Positions 10,768-20,708 of a stretch of 64,000 nucleotides of DNA are shown piece by piece. The DNA is from a phage: sequence record QB031382.1; one strand, given 5' to 3'. How positions within the stretch are numbered: the stretch's first letter is position 1; each line of letters begins with the position of its first letter. The notes beneath the pieces are model-generated. The model searched no databases. It was given only the letters and a program-made list of their open reading frames with translations, and was not told where the DNA came from. A program made the translations under genes and the position numbers.

Positions 10768-10795
10768 CCGCTCCTGACGGGGCGGTTTTCTTATC
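10768..10795 (+). terminator. rho-independent terminator
   Basis: Stem CCGCTCC-TGAC-GGGGCGG followed by TTTTCTT. Confidence 0.5.
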
Positions 10796-10806
10796 TGGAG
10801 AACACA

Positions 10807-13800
10807 ATGCTTCCAATCCCTTTGCTAAAACTTGGTCGTCATTTCCTCGATAAGAGGGGTGGAATTAAGGAACTTGCTGTTCTGTCATACCCAATAGACA
10901 ACAGTGATGGCACAAGCACTACAGTACCCTATGTAAATAGCTTAGCTATACTTTTTGATGATGGTCAACTTAATATCACGGGCTATAACAGGTTCGGAGA
11001 GTGCCGTACTGGGGATCTTGACACGATAAACTATCCCAACGAGGCTGCCTGGAACGTTGATCATGTGTGGAGAGCAGACCGTGCGTTTGTAATCCGAACT
11101 TTTGATAATCAGTTTTTCTACATCGGCTGCACTGCAGGGCTTATTGGGTCTGATGCCGCAGGCGGTAATGATGTTTGTGTAAGAGAGTGGACACCTCTTC
11201 CTGAACAGATCGTTAAAGGGTTGCACCTTGACACCCACCCAGAGCGCCTTATTGAGGTGATGGGTGGTATTAACAACACTGTCTGGGTTATTGCAGAGGC
11301 AGAAGGCACTGGTATACTGAACCTGTACGGGTCTGGTAACAACACCTACGGATCTTTGCATGTAGATAAAAATCAGCATGCAACCCCTGTAAAGATCGGT
11401 GAGACATCGGAAAATCCTGAAACAGGCCCTTGGAAAAACCCAAGCATTAACTGCGAGGTGCATGACAACTCTGTTATTTTCGGCGGTCCTAGAGGTTTCT
11501 GGATTGCTGGATACGATTTTCTGAGAAACAACAGTAGAAACGACCTTGTTTGGCCTCCTGTGCAGATTACTCGTAACGATTTGAGGGGCATTCCTGCAGA
11601 TGAGGAGTGGAAAGGGTTTATGTGCGGTCCTAACGGGGCAATAATTGCCACGCAGAGGATGCACACACCCAATGACCAGCAGCTTGTTAACGTATTCTAC
11701 GGGCAAAACGTCTGGGGAGATGACACATGGCGTTCCTTAAATATCACCTACACCCATGAGGTGATAATGGCTCGTGGATACGGCACAAGTGGCATTTTCT
11801 TCAATAATGGCACTAAGCAGTATCGTGGATTCTCTCGCAACTTGTGTAATGATATTGGCGCACAATCTGCAAACAATAGCCCTAGGGCCAATTTTATCCA
11901 CTATCAAGCTCTTGCCACAGCCAAATACGTTGAGCAACGCCTCCCAGTTAGCTGGACAGAGAGTGTTTATTTCCAAGGCATCCACAGGGAAGGTTTCTTA
12001 GGAACCTTTACTGTTGTTAATGGTAAACTTTGGTGGTCAGGCATCCCAAGGGGAAATTTTGCAGGATCTAATAACCTGTTTGGCGGCAGACTTAATAGCC
12101 AAGGGTTCACAGAGGTCCCCGAGAATTGGTATAAAAATGTCCCAGTAGACAGTTGGGGTGTTGAGGATATTTTCGACGTTAACGGTGTTAGCAGCGTTAG
12201 CAATATTTACATTGGTGATACGGTCAAGATGAAATTGAAGCCTCAGCCAGAAGGGGCCACGTTCATTATTGACAAGATTGAACTGGTAAATGCTGCAGGT
12301 ACGGTTGTTACAGATGCAAATTACCAATTCTCTACCAACTGGAACCACGGCGGGGCCAACGAAGTTATTGTTACCCAGTATAACAGGAATGTTAACAGGC
12401 GTGGCCTGTACTCTGTAAAAATAACCTATCATGACAAACATGGCACAGGAAGAACCCACACAACAAGGAATTTGAACTGGAACACTATCGTCCCAGCGTA
12501 TCCGTCTGATGGTAAATGGCATACTGTAGGTAGAAACAAACAGTTCCATGTTAACGACACTGTATACTTTGGACTAAATGCGGCCCAGCCTGCAGTAGAA
12601 GGGGATACATCGTATATGGTCAGACTCCATAGAATGGATGCTGGATCAGTAACTTATGATGTTACCCAAGAGATTTATAATCAGCGACGAAATACCTATG
12701 ATAACTTGGTGCAGACACAGGCCCTATGGGAGTTCAACCCAAACGGAAGGGGTGGTAAAATGTTGCAGGTCAACGAACAAAACGGGACATCGTTGACTGT
12801 TCACGAACACCCAAACCCTTGGCCTGATCCTGGGAAACCGAATTCAGGTGCTCGTACACTAAAAATTGTCAGCCATGACGTAGGATATTTCGGAATACGT
12901 TGGGAAGCCACAGTAAGATATGCCGACGGGACAACAAACAATATTGGGATTACCCTTGGCGGCACCAGTGAGGATAACTCACTGAAAATTGCCTACACTC
13001 CTAGAGGTATTTCTATTGATAATATGGATGTTGTTCGCAATGGTTACGGCGATGTGAATGTCAAAGTTACTCTTGGCGAGCACCTTGGTGGGGAAAGGAT
13101 TATCATGTATGCTTTTGATCATGATCCGCGCACCAATGGAACTTATGCAAATCAGGCATGGAGTTACCTAATAAATGCACCTGAGCCGAATACTAAAGAG
13201 TTCTACTATGGTATGAAGCGAGATGTGTGCAAGAAAACAGGAACACATGACTGGATTGCTATCTGCGTTAAAGATGAGCGCACAGCTTGGGATGAGCCTG
13301 TTAACAGATGGTTCATAGGTATTCCTACCAGAAGTGATAAGTATGTCGCAGAGTATATTGTATGCATGGGCGGTACCAACCTGAACATGTGTTGGAACGA
13401 AGATGTAAACAAATACTCTACTTATGACTATATGAGGGATTATGCTTGTAATCTGTGGTTTAGCCAAACTACAGGTTACCCTCCGCGTCAGGCGAGAGTA
13501 AATCCTGCAATCTTCACAGATACGCAGGTTTTCTTGACAAAACAGGCTAACGAGGTTCAGACCTTTAAGAACAAATACGACCCTAACAAGTGGTTCTACA
13601 ACTGTTCCGGAGCAATATTCTGGGGACCTGCTGAACTGCCTGATACAGGTTCTTGCTTAGGGGCTGCAACCTATGGCAGTGACTATATTATGGGTCAGGT
13701 CAAGAAGTACAAGATAATTCCTGGACCTGCAATTCTAGGTAATGCTGTTGACCCGTACATAAATTTCGCAGCTATACATGCTAATATGGATGGAGGGAGA

Positions 13801-16434
13801 TATCCGTTTGTTGTTCCGTTAAACTGGGGGTACAAACGTGTCGTGATGATTATTAAATGCGATCTGATCGGGAAGCAAGTTCTTGCAGAAAACGGAACCT
13901 CAACACATTTATTCGAGACTGCTCTGCACTACCAGTTTGCAGACTCACCATATGCAGGGGATAAAAGAATATCCGACACAGACTCTAAGCGCTGTAAGAA
14001 AGTTTTACTTGGAGCTGGGTGGTGGTGGTACGAGTTTGATTTGACAGATAAGTTCACAGATGATACCAAAACTCTCACAGGTATCCGTCTGAACCTTGGT
14101 GAGAACATGCATAAAAGTGTTTGTGATGGTACCTACGGTGACCCTACGGTATATCTAAAGTATGTTTCTCTTGAGCATCGCGAAGAGGATGTTTATGGTC
14201 CAAAACTGAGATTGTTTGGCTCATGGATTGCTAAAGACAGAGTAGGTATGGGTAAGAAGGTGAGAGGCTTCTTGATAGATGCAGGGACAGAAGACATGCT
14301 GGTTAATGCAGTATGGCCTGAATTACCAGGAACTCAGTGGGACAACTCTGCCAAATCTATAAACTGGTACAACATTCACAGAGCCATGTGGACCACCAAC
14401 TGCTACTTGTGGAGAGAGCTTAACGATCAGGCTTTCGGCTTCAGTAACGGTAGAAGGATGGCAATCATCTGCTGGACAACGCTGCAAAGATGTTATGACC
14501 ATGACTACGAGATTGGCGGTAGGGCATGGAAAGATATTAGGGATAGAATCATATACAATTTTGCAGATGATAATGGTGGCGGGGCGTATAACTTCGGCAC
14601 AAGCAGGCTCATCCATTTGAACGGATCCTTGGCCTACAAGAAAGAAGGCTACTCTGGGTCCATGATTGAGTGGGGTCTGGTGAAAGATGCTCGCGTATTG
14701 ATGGGTCAACAACTTGCTGCTGCAATAGGACCTAACGCAGTGCAGTCTGTCAAACCAGCGTGGTTCGATATCCCAATATGGTCACCGGGAACTGCGGCAA
14801 TCAACCCTACCACTGGGGATCTGGAAATCTCTTGGGAGGACTTAAAGCAGGTCGGTGGCTGGGATAAGACAGGCTACCAGGTGCAATGGTGGAGATCTGA
14901 CGGATCGTTAGCGGCTGATGAGTTTGTTAAGGACAATTTCTACACCATGTCCTCTGCAAAAGCACAGCAATTGTTTGGTCAGGCCACTCCGTCAACGATC
15001 ACCATGTCCATGTGCTGTAAAGACACCAGGACTGGAGCTCTGGGGCCAAGGGTTGCTAAAGTTTTCTCAGGTATTAAATGGAATCTCCCTGTTCAAGGTG
15101 TTTCATGGAAGCAAATAGGCGATAACAAGCTACTGGTTACTCCTGCCTGCCAGTTCGATGCAACTCTTGACGTTGATCCAGCTGTTGCAGCAAACTCAGC
15201 CAGAGCTTCTGACTTCTCTGTGTCTAACACTGCTATGGCAGATGTGAGAAAGATTGACACACTGAATGCCAGAATTACCTGTAAAAACACTTATGGCACA
15301 TTCCAAATCATCAACAACTTCACAGATACTGATTCTAAGGTGGTGAGGACAGCAAGCCAGACTATGCAGTTGGGTACTCTGGCATACTCTGCCCTGATCA
15401 CTGAACAGTCCTCCACTCTCCAGGGTGGTGGTGTTGGTAAGTTGATCACAACCCCTGTGTGGAAGCCAAACGAGTGGGTTGTGTTTGATTTGACTGTGGA
15501 CTTCTCCAGCGATAATAACTGGACATGGGTGAGGAATTGCTTGTCACAGCTGATGGGTGGCCCAAACTCCATTAGTGATAGCCATGACTCTACTGACCCG
15601 AGTGTGTTCCAGGTTGGTAAAACTCACCCAGAGACTGGGGCACTGTTGCCTGACAGGAAGTATGCTTTGGTTTGCATCTCCAACGGCAAGGCAGATGTAA
15701 CCTTCTCAGGGACACACACATATAACGGCACTTACAACTTCTCTAAAAAGTACAGCCTCAAGGCAGGTAACATTGTAGACGAGGTTGGTGCGTTGTATAA
15801 TCCAGGGAACGGGATAGGGATTGTGGGTGGTAAGCTGCAGATGCAGGAACCTTCTATTACCCCTTCCAATGTGCCAGGAATTAGGAAGACTTGGGAAAGT
15901 AGTGATACCAACATTGCAACAGTGGATGCTACCACAGGGCTGGTAACATTTAAAGCTACTGGGAATGTTACTATAAGGTTTGTAGTTACAGATGATGCAG
16001 GACGCAAAACGTCTTCAACATCGTTTACTGTCAAACAGATGGCACCACAGTGGAGAATGTGGATAGGTACAGCAACAAACGGGGCATATCCTAATCCGGC
16101 AGGGACTTCTGGTATGAAGACTTTCTCTACAAGCAAGCCGATGGAGTACGGCAGCGGTCCTAAGGTAGGGCAGATGGTGTACTTTGGTGCATATATTCCT
16201 GAAATTATAGGGCTTCCGAGAAGTCAGCTTCAGTTGCTGTTTGGGGCTGGTGTTGACGATCTTGCCACTTTCGGGTATAGCGACAACATCGAGGCTGCAA
16301 GGAGTTCAGGATGGGTAGGGTTCAGAATGGAGTCTGGAAAGGAAGGCAGGATTCTAGGGACAGCCTCTATAGGTGTTATGTTCCCTGGTGACCAGCAGTA
16401 TCGTCTGGGAGCCTACGCAACCTTTTCTCGTTAA
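10807..16434 (+). CDS. large virion structural protein (1875 aa) with Ig-like segment
   Basis: Single 5.6-kb ORF with RBS; C-terminal region (KTWESSDTNIATVDATTGLVTFKATGNVTIRFVVTDDAGRK) resembles bacterial Ig-like (BIG2) domain. Confidence 0.45.
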   Translation: MLPIPLLKLGRHFLDKRGGIKELAVLSYPIDNSDGTSTTVPYVNSLAILFDDGQLNITGYNRFGECRTGDLDTINYPNEAAWNVDHVWRADRAFVIRTFDNQFFYIGCTAGLIGSDAAGGNDVCVREWTPLPEQIVKGLHLDTHPERLIEVMGGINNTVWVIAEAEGTGILNLYGSGNNTYGSLHVDKNQHATPVKIGETSENPETGPWKNPSINCEVHDNSVIFGGPRGFWIAGYDFLRNNSRNDLVWPPVQITRNDLRGIPADEEWKGFMCGPNGAIIATQRMHTPNDQQLVNVFYGQNVWGDDTWRSLNITYTHEVIMARGYGTSGIFFNNGTKQYRGFSRNLCNDIGAQSANNSPRANFIHYQALATAKYVEQRLPVSWTESVYFQGIHREGFLGTFTVVNGKLWWSGIPRGNFAGSNNLFGGRLNSQGFTEVPENWYKNVPVDSWGVEDIFDVNGVSSVSNIYIGDTVKMKLKPQPEGATFIIDKIELVNAAGTVVTDANYQFSTNWNHGGANEVIVTQYNRNVNRRGLYSVKITYHDKHGTGRTHTTRNLNWNTIVPAYPSDGKWHTVGRNKQFHVNDTVYFGLNAAQPAVEGDTSYMVRLHRMDAGSVTYDVTQEIYNQRRNTYDNLVQTQALWEFNPNGRGGKMLQVNEQNGTSLTVHEHPNPWPDPGKPNSGARTLKIVSHDVGYFGIRWEATVRYADGTTNNIGITLGGTSEDNSLKIAYTPRGISIDNMDVVRNGYGDVNVKVTLGEHLGGERIIMYAFDHDPRTNGTYANQAWSYLINAPEPNTKEFYYGMKRDVCKKTGTHDWIAICVKDERTAWDEPVNRWFIGIPTRSDKYVAEYIVCMGGTNLNMCWNEDVNKYSTYDYMRDYACNLWFSQTTGYPPRQARVNPAIFTDTQVFLTKQANEVQTFKNKYDPNKWFYNCSGAIFWGPAELPDTGSCLGAATYGSDYIMGQVKKYKIIPGPAILGNAVDPYINFAAIHANMDGGRYPFVVPLNWGYKRVVMIIKCDLIGKQVLAENGTSTHLFETALHYQFADSPYAGDKRISDTDSKRCKKVLLGAGWWWYEFDLTDKFTDDTKTLTGIRLNLGENMHKSVCDGTYGDPTVYLKYVSLEHREEDVYGPKLRLFGSWIAKDRVGMGKKVRGFLIDAGTEDMLVNAVWPELPGTQWDNSAKSINWYNIHRAMWTTNCYLWRELNDQAFGFSNGRRMAIICWTTLQRCYDHDYEIGGRAWKDIRDRIIYNFADDNGGGAYNFGTSRLIHLNGSLAYKKEGYSGSMIEWGLVKDARVLMGQQLAAAIGPNAVQSVKPAWFDIPIWSPGTAAINPTTGDLEISWEDLKQVGGWDKTGYQVQWWRSDGSLAADEFVKDNFYTMSSAKAQQLFGQATPSTITMSMCCKDTRTGALGPRVAKVFSGIKWNLPVQGVSWKQIGDNKLLVTPACQFDATLDVDPAVAANSARASDFSVSNTAMADVRKIDTLNARITCKNTYGTFQIINNFTDTDSKVVRTASQTMQLGTLAYSALITEQSSTLQGGGVGKLITTPVWKPNEWVVFDLTVDFSSDNNWTWVRNCLSQLMGGPNSISDSHDSTDPSVFQVGKTHPETGALLPDRKYALVCISNGKADVTFSGTHTYNGTYNFSKKYSLKAGNIVDEVGALYNPGNGIGIVGGKLQMQEPSITPSNVPGIRKTWESSDTNIATVDATTGLVTFKATGNVTIRFVVTDDAGRKTSSTSFTVKQMAPQWRMWIGTATNGAYPNPAGTSGMKTFSTSKPMEYGSGPKVGQMVYFGAYIPEIIGLPRSQLQLLFGAGVDDLATFGYSDNIEAARSSGWVGFRMESGKEGRILGTASIGVMFPGDQQYRLGAYATFSR

Positions 16435-16445
16435 CAAGGGGTAAA

Positions 16446-16477
16446 TAAAAAGGGGCCAAACGGCCCCTTTCTTTTTA
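16446..16477. terminator. bidirectional rho-independent terminator
   Basis: Stem GGGGCC-AAAC-GGCCCC flanked by A-run upstream and T-run downstream; sits between convergent genes. Confidence 0.7.
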
Positions 16478-16480
16478 TAG

Positions 16481-16681
16481 TTAGTAATACTCCCAACATG
16501 CCCCATCTTCAGACGGCTTGACGCGCTTACCTTTATGGTCAACATAGGTATAGCCACAACCTTCACAAATAACAGGTGCTGCATAGCCTTCCTTCCACTG
16601 ATCCTCAGTGATCAGACCTTCCAAATCTTTGCAGTCAAAGCCAAACAACTCTTCAGAGCAATCTTTACAAAAATCAGCCAT
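16481..16681 (-). CDS. small Cys-rich (zinc-ribbon-like) protein
   Basis: 66 aa with CxxC...CxxC pairs (FCKDC ... CEGCG). Confidence 0.4.
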   Translation of the reverse strand: MADFCKDCSEELFGFDCKDLEGLITEDQWKEGYAAPVICEGCGYTYVDHKGKRVKPSEDGACWEYY

Positions 16682-16684
16682 TTC

Positions 16685-17167
16685 TCAGTCCTCGCATTTA
16701 ACAAATTTTTCTACAGATCCGCCAAGCACAGCTTGTTGCTTGATGGCACTTCCTTCATCATAGTGGATAGATTTATGCTCCGTTCCACCAAACTTCCCTG
16801 TGTGGAAAGTATGCACCCAAATCTCTTTGGGAAGGGATTTATTCTCTTCCTCCACCAACTCCCACATACCCCACAAGTGATCTGTGATATCTCTGATGAA
16901 ATATCCCTCACCAAGATTTGTATTCACACTGTAGGTGGATTTGTGATCTCCGCAAATATAACGGAAGGCAGTGTACTCTTTTCCCGGTGTGAAGTGGGTA
17001 TCCATCAGTATGGCTGTTAGAGAATAAGGGTCTCGAAAGCCCAAGAATTTTAGTTTAACAATTTCGACGTTCACACTTGCAAGATTATCCATGACAATCT
17101 CCTCTGTTTGGTTGGTGAGATAATCATATATAAGTCTGGTGTTAGTGTCAAGCTTAATTTTAAGCAA
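16685..17167 (-). CDS. hypothetical protein
   Basis: 160 aa ORF packed in leftward operon; no confident motif. Confidence 0.4.
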   Translation of the reverse strand: MLKIKLDTNTRLIYDYLTNQTEEIVMDNLASVNVEIVKLKFLGFRDPYSLTAILMDTHFTPGKEYTAFRYICGDHKSTYSVNTNLGEGYFIRDITDHLWGMWELVEEENKSLPKEIWVHTFHTGKFGGTEHKSIHYDEGSAIKQQAVLGGSVEKFVKCED

Positions 17168-17255
17168 TTTGAGAAGGTATTTTATTCAGAAGGGTAATCA
17201 CACAGAGGTAGGCAGTTTATGAAGGCACAGGCCTCTTTTGAGGCCTTAAAATCGA

Positions 17256-17636
17256 TTATGACACTTTGACGTAGCGCTCTGACAAAGCTGGAAAGCCAAC
17301 AGAAGTACCTATGCTGCCGTATGCTATCCACCATTGAAGTTCATCGTGACACCATTTTCCGATCAGAAAGGTGCTGGGGTAGCGAGTCAGTATTTTGGCA
17401 TAAGCTTTAGGATCTGCATCCTCTGGGATAATGATGCTTGGAGCATCTTTGTTATGACCACAGCAGCAGTTTAGAGTTTTCAATCCTGCCGCCCATAGAC
17501 TCATGATAGGCTTAACCATGCACTTATCAAGGCACACACGTTTTTTGCCGTCACGGAGCTTTTTAGGCACATCAACGATAACATTTTGATGCTTGGCACC
17601 TTTCACTTTCCAATTATAGGATTTACACTTGCACAT
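17256..17636 (-). CDS. hypothetical Cys-rich protein
   Basis: 126 aa with CLDKC and LNCCCGH clusters; family not identified. Confidence 0.4.
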   Translation of the reverse strand: MCKCKSYNWKVKGAKHQNVIVDVPKKLRDGKKRVCLDKCMVKPIMSLWAAGLKTLNCCCGHNKDAPSIIIPEDADPKAYAKILTRYPSTFLIGKWCHDELQWWIAYGSIGTSVGFPALSERYVKVS

Positions 17637-17687
17637 TTAATCAGTCTCCATTTAGAAGTACACACTATTACGTTTTTGAGGCATACC

Positions 17688-17858
17688 TTACTTAAAGTCT
17701 TTATCACCTGTTACGATTGCACGAATCCACTCATTGTGATGCTTAATGGCGGTAAGGTGTAACATAATGTAGTGATTGTCATTACCAAACACGGCGCGAC
17801 AAGCTTTAGCAGCACCATGGTGTAACTTCCACATCAAGTAATGGTATCTTCGTTTCAT
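17688..17858 (-). CDS. small hypothetical protein (56 aa, below ORF-track cutoff)
   Basis: ATG overlaps stop of upstream gene; fills otherwise empty 200-bp gap. Confidence 0.25.
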   Translation of the reverse strand: MKRRYHYLMWKLHHGAAKACRAVFGNDNHYIMLHLTAIKHHNEWIRAIVTGDKDFK

Positions 17859-18334
17859 GGCTCTTTCTCCGGTTCAGGATCTGGGTAATCTTCAATAATA
17901 AAGGGCCATCCGTTACGCTTAGCGTCAGACTTATACTCAATTTCCTTCATTGCAAACTCTAGCTGATTCTTGGCTGGAATGCAAGCTGGAGAATCATCAA
18001 CCCAGATGTCCGGGTAGATATCAAACTGCGCCAGATAAGCGGCCTTTTGAACACCTCCAGTATAAAACACTCCAACATCAAGTTCCTTGCGCCAGTATTC
18101 AATGTCCACATTATCTTGAGTGATGAATCGAAAAGTCACAAGGTAGACTGTCCACCCTTCCTTCTTCAGGTCCTTAATCAAGCGGGAGAAGATGAAAGGG
18201 CTCGCATTAAACGTTCCATCAAAGTCAATGGCTATGATATGTGTGCCGTGGCGAGTCTCATATGGATTGCTCGTGGTAAGATTGCTGTAGTTAAAAGGCA
18301 CTTCTTCCCCGCAGTAGCTGTAGTCCATATTCAC
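17855..18334 (-). CDS. HAD-superfamily phosphatase (nucleotidase-like)
   Basis: Motif I IAIDFDGT (DxDGT) near N-terminus and later acidic VDDSP. Confidence 0.5.
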   Translation of the reverse strand: MNMDYSYCGEEVPFNYSNLTTSNPYETRHGTHIIAIDFDGTFNASPFIFSRLIKDLKKEGWTVYLVTFRFITQDNVDIEYWRKELDVGVFYTGGVQKAAYLAQFDIYPDIWVDDSPACIPAKNQLEFAMKEIEYKSDAKRNGWPFIIEDYPDPEPEKEP

Positions 18335-18606
18335 ACCTTCTCGTTAATAAATTTACGGGCGGTTTGGTGAGTTGTTTCTGCTGTCTTCAGAATGATATTA
18401 ATTTTATTGTCAAGATCATTCATCTCAGCAGTTAATTCAGGAATCTCTCCAGCATGCATGGTGAAATCATACATAGACATGCCTAGAATCTCGTTAATGC
18501 GGCGGTTGCATTCTGCAGCACGCTGGTTCATTTTCCACGCTAACACCAAAGCCTCCTGTGTGGCTTCTAATGCAAAGTCTAATACGTCGGCCTCTTCTTT
18601 CGTCAT
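18331..18606 (-). CDS. hypothetical protein
   Basis: 91 aa, start/stop overlap with neighbours. Confidence 0.4.
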   Translation of the reverse strand: MTKEEADVLDFALEATQEALVLAWKMNQRAAECNRRINEILGMSMYDFTMHAGEIPELTAEMNDLDNKINIILKTAETTHQTARKFINEKV

Positions 18607-18661
18607 CTCAGTCTCTCCTGTTTATTGTTGATAGGTGCATGAATGCCTTATAACTAACTCT

Positions 18662-19228
18662 TTATTCAAATTGCAATAGCAAGTCCACCACCGCGCTAGG
18701 TCTGTCAACAAACTCCCCAGGCCCACATGCCCATAGAGGGTATCCGTCCACATACCTCCATATCCAACCTGAAGTGTGGAGCTCAAGAAGGGCAGTACCG
18801 TCCTCACTGTCAACCACTCTTTCCCACAGTGTTGGGCAGCGAAGCTTGAGGATCGGATCCCCGCCCTTATACCCATCCATGTAGATACCCATTGCAAAGT
18901 TCAGCATCATCTTTTTGTGCACTGACCTCTTACTGAGGGTGCTCATCACTTCCTCCTTGTGGATGTTTGTAAGCTTCTCCTTGGCTACCTGCAGATCGTT
19001 GCAGCCATTGTTCAGGAGATCTTCCAGACACTTTACCCTAAGGTCGTGGATATCTTTGTCGTGCACCGTTGGTACAGGGTCGTAGCGATATAGCACTGTT
19101 GATACAAGGTTGCTAGGGTGTGGGTCTGACAGCAGCCCATAACCCCAATACTCTTCTGTATCTGAAAGGACAAGACACCCAATATCTCTGTCAAGCTTTC
19201 CTGTGTTGTACGCCACATTGACCGCCAT
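18662..19228 (-). CDS. hypothetical protein
   Basis: 188 aa ORF in operon. Confidence 0.4.
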   Translation of the reverse strand: MAVNVAYNTGKLDRDIGCLVLSDTEEYWGYGLLSDPHPSNLVSTVLYRYDPVPTVHDKDIHDLRVKCLEDLLNNGCNDLQVAKEKLTNIHKEEVMSTLSKRSVHKKMMLNFAMGIYMDGYKGGDPILKLRCPTLWERVVDSEDGTALLELHTSGWIWRYVDGYPLWACGPGEFVDRPSAVVDLLLQFE

Positions 19229-19230
19229 GA

Positions 19231-19476
19231 TTATAGCTCCACTAACAAAGTGCTTTCAAAATGCCTCTCATGCAGACCGCTATAAGGAACCACTTCCACA
19301 ACACCGTCTCGGATATATGGAGTCATCATGGCAACATAATCACCGAATGGGTTGGCATTATCACTAACCACAACCACATGCTGCCCCTCCTTGGCAGAGT
19401 GCCAGATAGATCTGCATTTCATCATGTGTTCGAGAGCTCCAGGTAAAATCTTGTTACGTTCTTTACGGGTCTTCAT
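19231..19476 (-). CDS. hypothetical protein
   Basis: 81 aa, tightly packed. Confidence 0.4.
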   Translation of the reverse strand: MKTRKERNKILPGALEHMMKCRSIWHSAKEGQHVVVVSDNANPFGDYVAMMTPYIRDGVVEVVPYSGLHERHFESTLLVEL

Positions 19477-19922
19477 AACAGGTATAGCTCCTTATGAAAG
19501 TGGGCTTTCAATTTCTCACCGAGAAACTTCTTGATACCTTCCTCTAAGGTGTTTTCGATGTAGTCCAGCTTAACTGCTTCTATGGACATATCATAGATCG
19601 CCAGCTCTAAGCTGTCAAGTCCCATCATAGCATGAACCATAAGATTTTCATCTTCAGATACATTCAGGGGGCTGCCTATAACATCCGGGGGCAGAATAGT
19701 TTCCCAATTATTCTGGGTGGTAGATCTCTCGCCATCCACCTTACGTCGCAGCTCGAAGGTGTTTTTAGTGTAAAACACTTCATAAGAAACGATACGACTG
19801 TCGCTCTCGTAATAAACGAAGTTCAGGTAGGAGCCGAGCCGTAGTCGGCAAACTTCTACTCCAAACCATTGTTTCTTATAAGAATTCAGGCTAATGCTTT
19901 CGCATTCGCGTTTGCTCAACAC
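19473..19922 (-). CDS. hypothetical protein
   Basis: 149 aa, overlapping stop/start. Confidence 0.4.
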   Translation of the reverse strand: MLSKRECESISLNSYKKQWFGVEVCRLRLGSYLNFVYYESDSRIVSYEVFYTKNTFELRRKVDGERSTTQNNWETILPPDVIGSPLNVSEDENLMVHAMMGLDSLELAIYDMSIEAVKLDYIENTLEEGIKKFLGEKLKAHFHKELYLL

Positions 19923-19937
19923 GGCTCTCTCCTTTTG

Positions 19938-20171
19938 TTAATCTTCGTAAATCAGGATCTCTGCTTTAGGTTTTCGTGCTTTCAGGTCCAGCTCTATCCA
20001 GTGCACCACAGATGTTTCAAGAAAAACAGCCTGTATGCATCCGTCTTCAGCGTGTCCTACTAGCATAACAAGATCTTCACCTTCGTCATCTGCATCACGA
20101 ACATACAGAATCTCTCCAGATTCAAAGTCTTTCACAACCTGGTTGCTGGATAATTTACGAATTTTTGCCAT
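19938..20171 (-). CDS. hypothetical protein
   Basis: 77 aa. Confidence 0.4.
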   Translation of the reverse strand: MAKIRKLSSNQVVKDFESGEILYVRDADDEGEDLVMLVGHAEDGCIQAVFLETSVVHWIELDLKARKPKAEILIYED

Positions 20172-20172
20172 A

Positions 20173-20436
20173 TCAGAAACCCTCTAAAAAGCTCTTGTAG
20201 AAAATAATCTCAGTATCCACACCAGTCACGATCTTATCGTTCCTGATTTCATCTGTAAGATAGGTGTCAAAACGCAGAACCTGTGTGGTGTTGTCACACA
20301 TCCACTCGGCTGTGACCATGGCGAAAATCTTAGCATCTTCATTGTCAGGTGTGAATGTTACCACCTCACCGCATTTAAACTTTTCGATAGGCTGCGTGTT
20401 AGCTTTCGGTTCTGCAATGGTTATTTTTGTGGTCAT
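20173..20436 (-). CDS. hypothetical protein
   Basis: 87 aa. Confidence 0.4.
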   Translation of the reverse strand: MTTKITIAEPKANTQPIEKFKCGEVVTFTPDNEDAKIFAMVTAEWMCDNTTQVLRFDTYLTDEIRNDKIVTGVDTEIIFYKSFLEGF

Positions 20437-20702
20437 TGTTCTTCCTCCATAGTTTCACCAAATACTTCGATACGAGCGTCAAGCTCTGTTGCTTTCAGCT
20501 CTCCAACAAAATCTTTCAGTTCTTTCTCGTCAAGATCATATGCCCACACACAAGATGAGCACGCAGATTTCACGATTAGCAGTGTAGATACACGACCTGA
20601 CTCTGTAATCATGCTCACAATAGTTCCTACAGGAAACGTGTTGATAGCTTTTTTAACTGGGCGTTCAGCTTTAATTACTACTTCTGTTGCCATAAATAAC
20701 AT
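20433..20702 (-). CDS. hypothetical protein
   Basis: 89 aa. Confidence 0.4.
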   Translation of the reverse strand: MLFMATEVVIKAERPVKKAINTFPVGTIVSMITESGRVSTLLIVKSACSSCVWAYDLDEKELKDFVGELKATELDARIEVFGETMEEEQ

Positions 20703-20708
20703 CCTCTC

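Noticed and set aside
10942-15572. Antisense ORFs nested inside the 1875-aa gene (e.g. 10942-11706, 12037-12549, 14323-14712, 15732-16136 on the minus strand)
   Set aside because: Fully embedded opposite a long, well-supported coding frame, with no RBS or conservation signal; typical shadow ORFs. The same applies to antisense ORFs inside the primase-helicase, polymerase and methyltransferase genes.
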